This document shows, in pieces, positions 9,411-20,280 of a stretch of DNA of 64,000 nt (within the stretch, counting starts at the first letter, position 1; every line of letters starts with the position of its first letter). The stretch covers positions 513,718 to 577,717 of the forward strand of contig CAVVDB010000003.1 in assembly GCA_963746865.1 (NCBI GenBank), read 5' to 3'. This DNA is from an uncultured Chloroflexia bacterium (lineage in GTDB: Bacteria > Chloroflexota > Limnocylindria > Limnocylindrales > CSP1-4). The notes below the pieces were generated by a model, which was not told the DNA's origin, searched no databases, and saw only the letters and a program-made list of their open reading frames with translations. The translations under genes and the position numbers were made by a program.

Positions 9411-11038
9411 TTGCGCCAGGCCGTCGTCGCGCTGCTGGCCGTCCCGATCCTCGCTGCGGTCTATGTCGGCGCACTGCTGCGACGCTCGACCCTTGCCCGG
9501 GCCGGCCTCGCACTCGGCCTGGCCCTCATCCTCGGGATCGGCGTCATCGGTGCCGGCCAGCCCAAGACCACGGTGGCCGTCCCGCCGACGGTCATCGTCC
9601 CACTGACACAGGCCGAATTCACGACCACGTTCTCCACCGGCCGGGGCCTGGCGGAGCCCGTGACCATCCGGTTCAGCACGCCGATGGACGCCACCTCGGT
9701 CGCGGCCTCGCTCGCAGTCGAGCCGGCGACCCCCGTCGATCTGGCATGGGACGCCAGCGAAACGGTCCTCACGGTCGCGCCGCGCGATCGCTGGGCGGTC
9801 GGGACGCTCCATACCGTCACGGTCCAGTCCGGTGCGCTCGCCCGATCCGGTCAGCCGCTGACTCGGCCGGCCCGGGCGGCGTTCCTGACGCGCGACGTGA
9901 CCACGGCGATCGGCCAGCCCGACGGAGCCGGTCGGCAGCGGGGTATCCACCACGACCGCGTTCGACGTGTCATTCGCCGGCCCGGTCGATCCGGCGACGG
10001 TCACGACAGCCATCCGGCTTGATCCACCGACCGAGGGCGTCGTCCTCCCGGGTCTCGCGGTCGACGGCCCGACGCGCTACACCTTCGTCCCCGCCACGCG
10101 ACTCCTTCCCGACACCGACTACCGACTGGTCGTGTCGGGGGTCCGGGACCTCGACGGCGTCCAGCTCGAGACGGTGACCCTTGCGGTCCACACCACGAAG
10201 GCACCGGGTGTGGTCCGCTTCCGACCCCGAGCCGATACCAAGGACGTGGCTCGCGACGCGGCGGTCTCGGTGCGCTTCACGGCCTCGATGGACCGCACCA
10301 GCACGGCCAAGGCCTTCAAGGTCAGCGTCGCCGGCAAGGCGCTCGCCGGCAAGATCCGCTGGGCCGAGGCCGACACGGTCATCGTGTTCACCCCGGCTTC
10401 GCCACTCCCGTACGGCACGACCGTGTCGATGGATGTCGCCGGAGGCGCCCAGAGTGCGGCGGGCATCCCGATCGCCGCCCCGGTCCATGCCGTCTTCCAG
10501 ACGGCCAAGCAACCGGCCCAGGCGACGACCACCGAACGTTCCCGGTCCAGCGGGGGCGCGACCGGCGGCGGCGCGGTCGGTGGCGGCAGCTGGGCGGCCG
10601 TCGAGACCTACTACCTGGGCCTGATGAACTGCACCAGGACCGGCGGCTGGGTCACCTCGACAGGCGCGTGCAGCAGCCCTGGCGGGCGGAACGTGGCCCC
10701 GCTCAAACTCGACAGCGGGATCAGCTCGAAGGTCAGCCGACCGTACGCCAAGCTCCTCGCGACCGGCAACGACTGCAGCCACTTCATCGGCGGCAACCCG
10801 GGCGATCGACTTCGGCGCGCCGGCTACTCGAGCTATCGCTGGGCGGAGAACATCGGCTGCCGGTCGGGCGGCGCGCGCGGGGCGGTGCTCGGCTCGCATC
10901 TCTTCTTCCAGAACGAGAAGTCGACCAACGGCGGCCATTACGTGAACCTGATGAACGCGGCCTACGAGCCATGTCGGGATCGGCGTCTGGGTGTCCAACG
11001 GTCGCGTTCGCCTCGTGGTCGACTTCTACCACCCCTGA
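9411..11038 (+). pseudogene. Secreted protein with repeated SbsA-like Ig domains and a C-terminal CAP/SCP (PR-1-like) domain; two +1 frame breaks
   Basis: TTG 9411 has AGGAG upstream and is followed by an N-terminal TM/signal segment. Three repeats of the type PVTIRFSTPMD..V / VSFAGPVDPATV / VSVRFTASMD. The CAP-like end is YRWAENIGC..GGHYVNLMNAAY then HVGIGVWVSNGRVRLVVDFYHP*. The reading steps frame 0->1 near 9900-9930 and 1->2 at about 10969. Track ORFs 9411..10022 and 9967..11058 are the fragments. Confidence 0.7.
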
Positions 11039-11089
11039 CCGGACCTTCGGCGGGCTGACATCGGCCGGTAGCGGCCCGACCATCGGGCT

Positions 11090-11437
11090 GTGATCCGCAA
11101 CGTGATCCTGCACCTCAACGGCGAGCAGCCCCTCATCGCCGACCTGTTCGAGGCCCCATCCCCGGGCGACGTCGGTCTACGATGCACGAACCTGCGCCAG
11201 TTGAACGGCAAGCGCCCGGTGTTCGTCGACGACATGGCGTCGATCTTCTTCTTCCCGTACCTCCACATGCGGTTCGTCGAGATCCCGCCCGGCTCGATGA
11301 GCGGCGGCGACCCGACGAGCACCCTGGCGATCGACGCACAGGAGGAGGCGGACCTGCGCGACGGCCCTGCCGAGCCCGAGACCGAGCCCGACCTCGAGAT
11401 CGACGAGGACTTCCTGCGGCGCATCCGCGAGGTCTGA
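11090..11437 (+). CDS. Hypothetical protein (acidic C-terminus)
   Basis: 115-aa ORF with GC3-biased codon usage and no better competing frame. No family recognised. The start is uncertain (GTG 11090 or 11102). Confidence 0.5.
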   Translation: MIRNVILHLNGEQPLIADLFEAPSPGDVGLRCTNLRQLNGKRPVFVDDMASIFFFPYLHMRFVEIPPGSMSGGDPTSTLAIDAQEEADLRDGPAEPETEPDLEIDEDFLRRIREV

Positions 11438-11461
11438 GACAAGGGCGGGATAAGGACCCGG

Positions 11462-11470
11462 TGCTACACT
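11462..11470 (+). promoter_or_regulatory. Candidate extended -10 promoter (TGcTACACT) giving a leaderless topA mRNA
   Basis: TGC at 11462-64 plus TACACT at 11465-70 lie 7 nt before GTG 11478, with no SD in between. The same TACACT hexamer recurs at 27913 and 54937 in intergenic DNA. Confidence 0.35.
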
Positions 11471-11477
11471 CCCGGCC

Positions 11478-13908
11478 GTGCCCAAGAACCTTGTCATCGT
11501 TGAATCGCCTGCCAAGGCCCGGACGATCGAGCGCTACCTCGGCGCCGATTACCGGGTCCTCGCGTCGTATGGCCATGTCCGCGACCTTCCCGAGAACCCC
11601 GGCAAGGGCAAGTTCGGGGTCGATGTCGACCACGATTTCGCTCCGGAGTACGTGATCTCCGACGACCGCCGCAAGCAGGTCACCGAGATCACCAAGGCCG
11701 CCAAGGCCGCCGACATGGTGTTCCTCGCCACCGACCTCGATCGCGAGGGCGAGGCGATCGCCTGGCACGTCGCGGAGGCGGCCCATGTCGCGGGCGAGAA
11801 GCAGCAGCGGGTGACCTTCAACGAGATCACCGAGTCGGCGATCCGCGACGCCTTCGCCAATCCGCGCCAGATCGACATGGACCTGGTCGACGCCCAGCAG
11901 ACCCGGCGCATCGTCGACCGCCTCGTCGGCTACACCCTGAGCCCGCTGCTCGGCAAGAAGGTCCAGCGGGGACTGTCGGCCGGTCGCGTCCAGTCGGTGG
12001 CCGTCCGGCTGGTCGTCGAGCGCGAGCGCGAGATCCGGGCCTTCACCGCACGCGAGTACTGGACGATCCAGGCGATCCTGTCGACCGGGGCCGGCGAGAC
12101 ATTCGCGGCCGAGCTCGTGCGGATCGACGGCGAAGCCCCCGACATCCCCGACGAGGCGACCTCGGATGCCCACGTCGAGGCCATCCGCGACCTGCATCCG
12201 GTCGTCACGAAACTCGGGACCCGGACGCAGAAGCGATCGCCCGCGGCACCGTTCACGACCTCCACGCTCCAGCAGGAAGCCAGCCGCCGGCTCGGGTTCA
12301 GCCCGAAGCGGACGATGTCCGTGGCACAGCGTCTGTACGAGGGGATCGAGACGCCCGAGGGCCAGGTCGGCTTGATCACCTACATGCGGACGGACTCGAC
12401 GGCCATCGCCGGTGTCGCCATGGGCGAGGCGCGCGAGGTCATCGCGGCGCGCTACGGCGAGCCGTACACCATGCCCAAGGGCCGCGTCTACAAGACCAAG
12501 TCCAAGGGCGCCCAGGAGGCGCACGAGTCGATCCGGCCGACCAGCTTCCGGCGCGATCCTGATGCCATGGCCGCGTCCCTGAAGTCGGACGAGGCCCGCC
12601 TGTATCGGTTGATCTGGCAGCGCGCGCTGGCGTCGCAGATGGCGCCCAAGGAGCTCGAGACGACGACGATCGAGCTGGCCGACGGCCGGTACGAGCTGCG
12701 TGCGTCGGCGACCAAGGTCCTGTTCGACGGCTTCGCGATCGTCTACACCGAGGGCCGCGACGACGCCGCCGATGACGACGAGGATGAAGCCGGGGCGCGT
12801 CTGCCGGTCCTGACCGAGGGCAGCGTCACGGACGTCGTCGACGTCACGCCGACCCAGCACTTCACCGAGCCGCCACCGCGCTTCACCGAGGCGACGCTCA
12901 TCAAGGCGCTCGAGGAGCACGGCATCGGCCGGCCGTCGACCTATGCGGCGACGATCTCGACCATCACCGATCGCGGCTACGTGCGTGTCGAGGAACGACG
13001 CCTCCACCCCGAACCCGTCGCCGAGATCGTGACGGACTTCCTCGTCGAGCATTTCGGGGCGTACGTCGACGTCTCGTTCACGGCAAGGATGGAAGAGGAG
13101 CTCGACGAGGTCGCCAGCGGCGAGCGCCCATGGGTGCCGCTGCTGCGAGCCTTCTACGACCAGCTCCGCGCCGATCTCGACAAGGACCCGGACGCACCCC
13201 CACCGGAGCCGACGGACGAGAAGTGCTCCCTCGGCCATCCGATGGTCATCCGCCTCGGGCGGAACGGGCGATTCCTGGCCTGTTCGCTCTACCCGGAGCA
13301 CAAGGAGACGCGCCCGGTGCCCGGCGACGAGTTGCCGCCGCAGCCCGGGACCGGCGAGGTCTGCCCGGAGTGCGGGCAGGGAACGCTCGTCAGCAAGACC
13401 GGCCGGTTCGGGCCGTTCGTCGGCTGCTCCCGCTACCCGGAATGCAAGTTCATCAAGAAGGACGGCCCGCCGCCCCCGGATCCGCTGCCGTTCGAGGTCG
13501 TCTGCCCGAAGAACAAGGACGGCCACCTCGTGCCGCGTCGCGCGCGGCGCACCGGAAACGTCTTCTGGGGGTGTTCGAACTACCCGCGCTGCGACTTCAC
13601 CACGAACCACGAACCGCTCGGCGGCCGCCACGACCTCGACGACGGGCCCCTCGCCCGCAAGGACGAGGCGGCGTTGTGCCTCGTCTGCGGCTCGACGAGC
13701 GACACCGCCGCCGAGGCGATCATCCCGGGCGAGCCGTACGCCGGCGGACCGGCGAACCCGGAGGCGCTCGCCCGGCCGCCACGACGCGGCGCTCCACGGG
13801 GCGGCGGCAGCCGCCAAGGGGCGTGGCCGGACCAAGGCGGCCGGCCGTGGCGGGAGCACGCGGGTCACCAAGCGCACCCGCCCGGTCGAGCCGGCCGCCG
13901 ACGCGTGA
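11478..13908 (+). CDS. topA: DNA topoisomerase I; the C-terminal tail is probably frame-broken
   Basis: VPKNLVIVESPAKARTIERYLG Toprim start, the catalytic Tyr region and three or four Cys4 zinc ribbons. Frame 0 then runs on without a stop. Frame 1 gives a Lys/Arg-rich tail (AAAAAKGRGRTKAAGRGGSTRVTKRTRPVEPAADA*) ending at TGA 13906-08, which overlaps GTG 13905 of xerC. An extra base is inferred near 13790-13830. Confidence 0.85.
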
Positions 13909-14889
13909 GCGGGGAGCCGGCCGGCCGATCGACCGATCCAGCCCTCGCGCGGTTCCTTCGCTCCCTCGCCGCGCGTGACGCCTCCCCGCATACCCAGCGC
14001 GCCTACGCGACCGCGGTCGGCGCCTATCTCGACTGGCTGGCGGCCCGCGGCACGGACTGGCGGACGCCGTCTCGCGTCGACCTGCGCGCCTATCTCGCGG
14101 TCCTCGGCGATGGACGTGCTCGGTCATCGGTGGCGCAGCGCCTGGCGGCCATCCGTGCCTTCCATCGCTGGGCGACGCGGAGCGAGCTGGCACCGGGCGA
14201 TCCGTGGGGAGCGATCGCGACCCCGCGCCTCCCGCGTCGACTGCCGCGGGTCCTGGAGGTGGAGCAGGTCACCCGACTGCTCGACGTCGTCGAGGACGAC
14301 CTTCGAACCGCCCCGGCCGGCGACCCGCAGCAGGTCGCGATCCGGACGGCCCTGGCGCTGCGCGACCGGGCGCTGGTCGAGACCGCCTACGCTGCCGGCC
14401 TCCGGATCAGCGAGCTGGCAGCCGCACAACTTGGGTCGCTGGACCTCCGACGCGGCGAGATCCGGGTCCTGGGCAAGGGCCGCAAGGAGCGGATCGGCCT
14501 GCTCGGCCGGCCGGCCCGAGAAGCCCTGGCGGCCTACCTCGAGGACGGCCGTCCGATCCTCCTCGGGCGCCGTCATGGGTCCGAGGCGCCGCCGGTCGAG
14601 ATCTTCCTGAACCACCTGGGCGGGCCCCTCGGGGTCCGCGGCCTGCGCTACCGGCTCGATCGCCTGTGCGCGAGGGCCGGCCTCCCGGTCGGCGTCTCGC
14701 CGCACACCCTGCGGCACTCGTTCGCGACCCACCTGCTCGACGGTGGCGCGGACCTGCGCGTCGTCCAGGAGCTGCTCGGGACACGAGAACCTCGCCACGA
14801 CCCAGATCTACACGCACGTCTCGCCCGGTCGCCTGCAGGCCGCCTATCGGGAGGCCCACCCGAGGGCGCGTCGCGACCCGACGCCGTGA
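13905..14889 (+). pseudogene. xerC: Tyrosine recombinase XerC-like; one +1 frame break at 14781
   Basis: SPHTQRAYATAVGAYLDWL N-terminal SAM-like domain, then RISEL and [17 protein letters not shown] is followed by an extra A; the +1 frame then gives HENLATTQIYTHVSPGRLQAAYREAHPRARRDPTP* with stop at 14887-89. Confidence 0.8.
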
Positions 14890-16458
14890 CCGCTGCCGGA
14901 GCCCTGGCGCGCGCGGGGATCATCGTCTCGGGCGCCTTCCTCATCTCGCGGGTCCTCGGCTACGTGCGACTCGTGGTCATCGGCAACACGTTCGGCGCCT
15001 CGGCCGAACTGGACGCCTTCTTCGCCGCGTTCCGGATCCCGGACCTGATCTTCCAGTTGGTCGCGGCGGGGGCCCTGTCGTCGGCCCTCGTCCCGATCGT
15101 GTCCGGCCTGTTCACGACCAACGAATCGGCGCGGGCCTGGCGCGTCGTCTCGACCGTCATCAACCTGATGCTCATCGGGCTGGCGGTCCTGGCCGTCGGC
15201 TTCTTCATCCTGGCGCCGGTCATCGTCCCGATCATCACGCCCGGGCTTCGGGGGGCCCAGCTCGACAAGACCATCGAGCTGACCCGGATCATGCTGCTGA
15301 GCCCGATCTTCCTGGCCCTCGGGGCGGTCGCCACGAGCGTGCTCAACGCGGGTGGACGGTTCGCGGCGGCGGCGGTCGCGCCGATCGTCTACAACCTCGC
15401 GATCATCGGCGCCGCGGTCATCCTCGCCCCGACGATGGGGGTCGACGCGCTGGCGCTCGGGGTCGTCGCCGGATCGCTCGGCCACCTGCTCGTCCAACTT
15501 CCGCCGCTGTCACGGCTGGGCTTCCGCTACGCGCCCCGGATCGACGGCAGCCGATCCGCAGGCGCGCAAGGCCCTGGCCCTCATGGCGCCCCGGGCGATC
15601 GGCCTCGGGGCCAGTCAGATCACGTTCATCGTGGTGACCTCGCTGGCCACGACCCTCGCGGTCGGGGCCGTCTCGGACTTCAACTTCGCGTTCGCCTTGC
15701 TCCAGATCCCGCTGGGGATCATCGGCGTCCCGCTCGGGATCGTCCTCCTGCCGACCCTGTCACGCGATGCCGCGGTCGGTCGCGAGGAATCGTTCGCGGG
15801 CCTCCTGACGCGAGCGCTGCGCCTGCTCATCTACGTGATGGTCCCGATCGCCGTCCTCGGCTCGGTCGTCCGGCTGCCGGTCGTCGAGATCCTGTTCGGG
15901 AGCGGCCGCATCCGGCCGGCCGATCTCGAGCTCATCGCCGTGACCCTGATGGCCTTCATGGTCGGCCTGACGGCCCACGCCCTGATCGCCGTCCTCGCCC
16001 GCGCCTTCTATGCCCGCCAGGACACGGTCACGCCGGTCGCGGCGGCGGTCGGGTCGGTGGCCATCAACTGCACGCTGGCTGTCGTGCTCGTCGGCCCGCT
16101 CGGGCTGCCGGGGATCGCGCTGGCGATCGCCATCGCCGCCTGGATCGAGGCGCTCGTCCTGCTCGCGATCCTGTACCGCCGCCTGCCGTTCTTCCGGCTC
16201 GGCGGCCTCGGACGGGTCGGGGTCGAGGCGATCGCCGGGAGCGTCGTCGCCGGCGTGGTCGCGATCGGCGTGCTGGGACTCGCCGGGAACGTGCTTGGCA
16301 CGGACCCGGGGCGACTCGTCCTCGTGGTCGAGGTGACCGTCGTCAGCCTCGCGTTCGGGGCCGTCTACGCCGTCCTGTCGGTCGCCTTGCGGATCCCCGA
16401 ACTGCCGTCTATCGTCGGGGTCATGGCCGACCTGCTCCGCCGCCCCTCCAGGTCGTGA
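14886..16458 (+). pseudogene. murJ: Lipid II flippase MurJ; one +1 frame break near 15553
   Basis: GTG 14886 (GTGA overlap with the xerC stop) begins VTAAGALARAGIIVSGAFLISRVLGYVRLVVIGNTFGAS. Frame 0 reads to RIDGS, then frame 1 (track ORF 15352..16458) reads DPQARKALALMAPRAIGLGASQITFIV to the end. Confidence 0.8.
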
Positions 16459-17534
16459 CGGTCGTCGACGCCGCGGATTGGGATCGGTTCGTCGAGGGGA
16501 GTGATCCGGGTTCGTACCTCCAGACGACGGCGTGGGCGAGGGTCAAGGCCGTGAACGGCTGGTCGAGCCACCGACTCATGACCGACGGCCCGACCGCGGT
16601 CGGCGCGCAGATCCTCGTCCGGCGGCCGCGAGCGATGCCGTGGGGGTTCGCCTACGCGCCGCGCGGCCCGGTCGCGGCCGGTTGGACGCCGGAGACGAAC
16701 GGAACGATCGGTCGCTTCACGATCGAGGTATTGGGCGGTCTGGCTGCCGGCCGCGGCTACACCAATCCGGGCCGACTCAGCCACCTGCGCATCGACCCGG
16801 AGATCGAGGCGGACGGGCCACTCGACCCCGACGGCGCCCTCCGCCGCACGCTGGCGGACTTGGGTTGGCGCCCGGCCCCACCGATCCAGCCCAACGCCAC
16901 CCGGATCATCGATCTGCGCGCCGATGAGGGGGCCCTGTGGGGTGACCTGCGCAAGAAGTGGCGCCAGTACGTCAACAAGGCACGGACCGGCGGCGTCACC
17001 GTGGTCGATGCCGGTGGCGACCGGTTGGGCGACTTCTACCGGATCTATCGCGAGACGGCCGATCGGGCCGGCTTCCTCATCCGCGCCGAATCCGCCTATC
17101 GCGACGTCTGGGAGGCGTTCGCGCCCGCCGGCAACGCCCGGTTGCTGTTCGCGCAAGGGGCGGATGGCGAGCCGCAGGCGACCCTCTTCCTGGTCCGTTG
17201 CGGTCCGCGGGTGGTGGAGCCGTACGGGGGCATGACCGCGGCGGGGGGCGAGTCCCGCGCGAACTACCTCCTCAAGTGGGAGGCCATCCGGTCGTCGCGC
17301 GAGGCCGGCGCCACCTCCTACGACCTGTGGGGCCTGGCGACCGGCGGGATCGCCCATTTCAAGACCGGCTTCGGGGGTCGCGAGGTCCAGTACATCGGGG
17401 CCTGGGACCTCGTCCTGAGTCCGATCGGACGGCAGGTCTACTCGCTCGGACAGCGGGCGCGTGTCCGCTGGTCGCGCCGTCGCGGGGGGATCGGTGGCGG
17501 CAGCAACGCGGCGGCGTATGGAGCCGCGGATTGA
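16455..17534 (+). CDS. FemAB-family peptidoglycan interpeptide-bridge aminoacyltransferase
   Basis: GTG 16455 (GTGA overlap with the murJ stop). SYLQTTAWARVK, KWRQYVNKARTGGV, YGGMTAAGGESRANYLLKWEAI and HFKTGFGG match FemAB/MurM-type transferases. The gene is intact. Confidence 0.8.
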   Translation: MTVVDAADWDRFVEGSDPGSYLQTTAWARVKAVNGWSSHRLMTDGPTAVGAQILVRRPRAMPWGFAYAPRGPVAAGWTPETNGTIGRFTIEVLGGLAAGRGYTNPGRLSHLRIDPEIEADGPLDPDGALRRTLADLGWRPAPPIQPNATRIIDLRADEGALWGDLRKKWRQYVNKARTGGVTVVDAGGDRLGDFYRIYRETADRAGFLIRAESAYRDVWEAFAPAGNARLLFAQGADGEPQATLFLVRCGPRVVEPYGGMTAAGGESRANYLLKWEAIRSSREAGATSYDLWGLATGGIAHFKTGFGGREVQYIGAWDLVLSPIGRQVYSLGQRARVRWSRRRGGIGGGSNAAAYGAAD

Positions 17535-18646
17535 AGGTCCGCGACGCGCTGCCGGCTGAACTCGCCGACTGGGACGCGGCCACCGTCGAGGCGCCCGGCG
17601 GCCACGTCTACCAGTCCCGCGCCTGGGCCGACCATCGGGCGTCCGGCGGTTGGCGATCGCGCTTCCTCGTCGCCGATGACGGCGGCCGGGCGCTTGCCCT
17701 GACGAGGTCGTGGTCGATCGTCGGCGGCGGCAGTGCCTACCTGCCGCGCGGTCCCGTCGCGATGGGCGCGGCGGCCGCGACGCATCGGGGTCGCGCCAGG
17801 TCGCGTTCGGCGGAAGCGCTCGCGGGCGAGGGGATCGACGTCGTCGCGGCGGACCCGGAAGTTCCGGCTACCGACGAGGGATTTCGGGCAGCCATCGAAG
17901 GCCGGCGGCTTTCGGCCCGATCGAAGAGATCCAGCCGTCCCGCCACCGGATGACGCTCCCGCTAGGACCCGGCGTTGACGAGCCGGCCGCCTTCGATGGC
18001 GATCGCGAAGTCGACTCGCCAGCGGATCCGCGGGGCCGAGCGCGACGACGTCATCGTCGTTCGGCATGACATCCGCGCGTCGCAGCACGGCGTCGGCGAG
18101 GGCTTCATCGCACCCGCCGAGCCGCTCCGCGATCGCCCTCGATCGGTTCTACGACCTTCTGCTCGAGACCGGCGAGCGGCGGCAGTTCTCGTTCGGGCCG
18201 CGCGGTTCGTTCGTCGGCTGGTGGGAGGCGGCGCTCGCAGGCCGGGCATCTCGTCTACCTCGAGGCCGCGTCGGCGGCCGCCGATGGCGATCCCCTGGCT
18301 GGGCTCATCCTGTATCGCCACGGCGGTCGGTTGTCGACCGTCCATTCGGGCGATCACGCCGCGACGCGGAGCACCCATCCGGGCGCGCTCCACCTGTTGC
18401 GCTGGCGGGCGATCCAGCTGGCGATCCGCGAAGGATGCACGGAGATGGACCTCGGTGGCGTCGACGTTGCCGGGGCACGAGGCGAACCGCACGACGGCGA
18501 CGCGCTCTACGGGCTGTACCAGCACAAGCGCTCGTTCGGCGGCCGATGGCTCGAGTTGACGGGCGCCCACGAGCGGATCTACGACGCGCAGGGCTACCGT
18601 GCCGGTCGCCTCGCGGCCCGCGTCGTGACGGCTGGCGCGCCGATGA
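17531..18646 (+). pseudogene. Second FemAB-family paralog; about six +1 frame breaks
   Basis: TTG 17531 (TTGA overlap). Conserved segments sit in successive frames: GHVYQSRAWADHR.. / AGGFRP / IEEIQPSRHRMTLPLG / IAKSTRQRIRGAERDDV / ALDRFYDLLLETGERRQFSF / AGHLVYLEA..HSGDHAATRSTHPGALHLLRWRAIQ..LYQHKRSFGG. Breaks lie near 17900, 17919, 17990, 18105, 18240 and 18630. Confidence 0.65.
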
Positions 18647-20263
18647 GCGACCGGGCGCTCGCCGAGCTCCTGGCGGCCGCCGAGCCGGCCGAAGCCGCGC
18701 CGCCTCGACGGCCTGGTGAAGCGCCTCACCGCCGAAGGCCGACTTCGCGGCGCGCGACAGGACGGTCGCGCGATCGGTGCCGGCCGGCCTCGCCGCGATC
18801 CCGATCCGCGGCGTGACCCACGATTCGCGCGAGGTCCGCGCCGGGTCGCTGTTCGTGGCCGTCCCCGGGCTTCACGCCGACGGCCACGACTTCGTGAGCG
18901 ATGCCGCGGCCCGTGGCGCCGCCGCCGCGCTCGTCGACCATGCCCTGCCCGAGGTCGCGCTGCCGCAGCTCATCGTGGCCGAGGCACGCCGCGCTGGCCA
19001 GCGCCGCCGCGTGGTGGTACGGCGATCCCAGTCATGAGCTCGGCGGTCATCGGCATCACCGGCACGGACGGGAAGACCACGACCTCGTTCCTGGCCGTGG
19101 CGGCGCTCGAGGCGGCCGGGGTCCGGACCGGGATGACCGGCACGGTCGCGACGCGCATCGGCGGCGTCCAGGTGGACCATGCGGAACACGCGACGACGCC
19201 GGAGGCACCGGAGCTCCAGCGGGCCATCCGCGCCATGGCGCTGGCCGGCGACGCCGCCGCGGTCATCGAGACGACCTCGCACGGGCTCGCGCTCGGGCGC
19301 GTGGATGCGGTCGCCTACGACGTCGCGATCCTGACCAACCTGACCCATGAGCATCTCGAACTGCACGGCACCTGGGAGGCGTATCGCGACGCGAAGCTGC
19401 GGCTCTTCGAGCGACTCGCGCCGCACGTCGCGAAGCCCGGGTCCCGGCCGTGGCCCGCGACCGGGATCGTGAACGCCGACGATCCGACCGCCGGCGCCTT
19501 CATCGGCGTCAGCCAGGAGGCCGGCGCCCGGGTCCTGACCTACGGCACCGATGCCGCCGCGGACATCCGCGCGACTCGCATCGAGGAGGACCAGCACCGT
19601 CTGCGGATCGCCTTTGACGCCCCGTCCGGGAGTGCGATCGTCGACCTCCGGCTCGTCGGTCGGTTCAACGTCCACAACGCGCTCGCGGTCGTGGCGCTCG
19701 GCGAGGCGATCGGCCTCGATCCGGCCGCCGTCCGGGAGGGGCTCGCCTCGGTCCCGGTCGTGCCCGGTCGGATGGAGCGCGTCGAGCTCGGGCAGCCGTT
19801 CGGCGTCATCGTCGACTTCGCGCACAGCCCGGCGTCGCTCCAGACCGTGCTGGACCTGCTGGCGCCGCTGGCGGCCTCGGCGGGTGGGGGACTGATCGCC
19901 GTCTTCGGCTCGGCCGGCGAGCGCGATACGGCCAAGCGCCCGCTGATGGGTCGGATCGCGGGCGAGCGGGCGCGCATCGTCGTCGTCACCGACGAGGACC
20001 CGCGCGGCGAGGACCGCGACGCCATCCTCGACCAGATCGCGCGAGGCGCGGAGGCCACCGGCAAGCGGCGCGACCACGATCTCCTCGTCATCGCCGACCG
20101 TCGTGCCGCGATCGAGGCCGCGATCGAGCGCGCCCGCCCGGGCGATATCGTCCTGTTGGCAGGCAAGGGCCATGAACGGGCGATCATCGGCGCCGACGGA
20201 CCGCGACCGTGGAACGAACGCGAAGAAGCCGAGGCCGCCCTGCACCGGGCCGGCTACGGCTGA
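18643..20263 (+). pseudogene. murE: UDP-N-acetylmuramoyl-tripeptide synthetase MurE; about four +1 frame breaks in the first 400 nt
   Basis: The N-terminus reads only by stepping frames 1->2->0->1->2: MSDRALAELL / RLDGLVKRLTAEG / AGLAAIPIRGVTHDSREVRAGSLFVAVPG..DGHDF / ALASAAAWWYGDPSHEL / AVIGITGTDGKTTT. Breaks are near 18700, 18775, 18990 and 19045. The rest, to 20263, is intact (Mur ligase middle and C-terminal domains). Confidence 0.8.
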
Positions 20264-20280
20264 GGGTATCCTTGCCCGCG

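Noticed and set aside
876-9606. Many long Arg/Pro/Gly/Ala-rich ORFs on both strands (for example 876..1529-, 981..2465+, 3093..4529-, 4855..6396-, 7765..9606+, and also 11133..13991-, 51621..53435-)
   Set aside because: These are shadow ORFs of real genes in about 70% GC DNA. They have low-complexity composition, the wrong GC3 pattern and no recognisable domains, and each fully overlaps a well-supported gene.
11478-17534. A 2018-aa ORF that looks like a giant TopA-XerC-MurJ-FemAB fusion protein
   Set aside because: The segments between domains are Arg/Pro/Gly nonsense. Conserved C-termini and stops for topA and xerC appear in the +1 frame, with GTGA overlaps at 13905 and 14886, and the second half of murJ is in frame 1. 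The long ORF exists only because frame 0 has no stop by chance in high-GC DNA.
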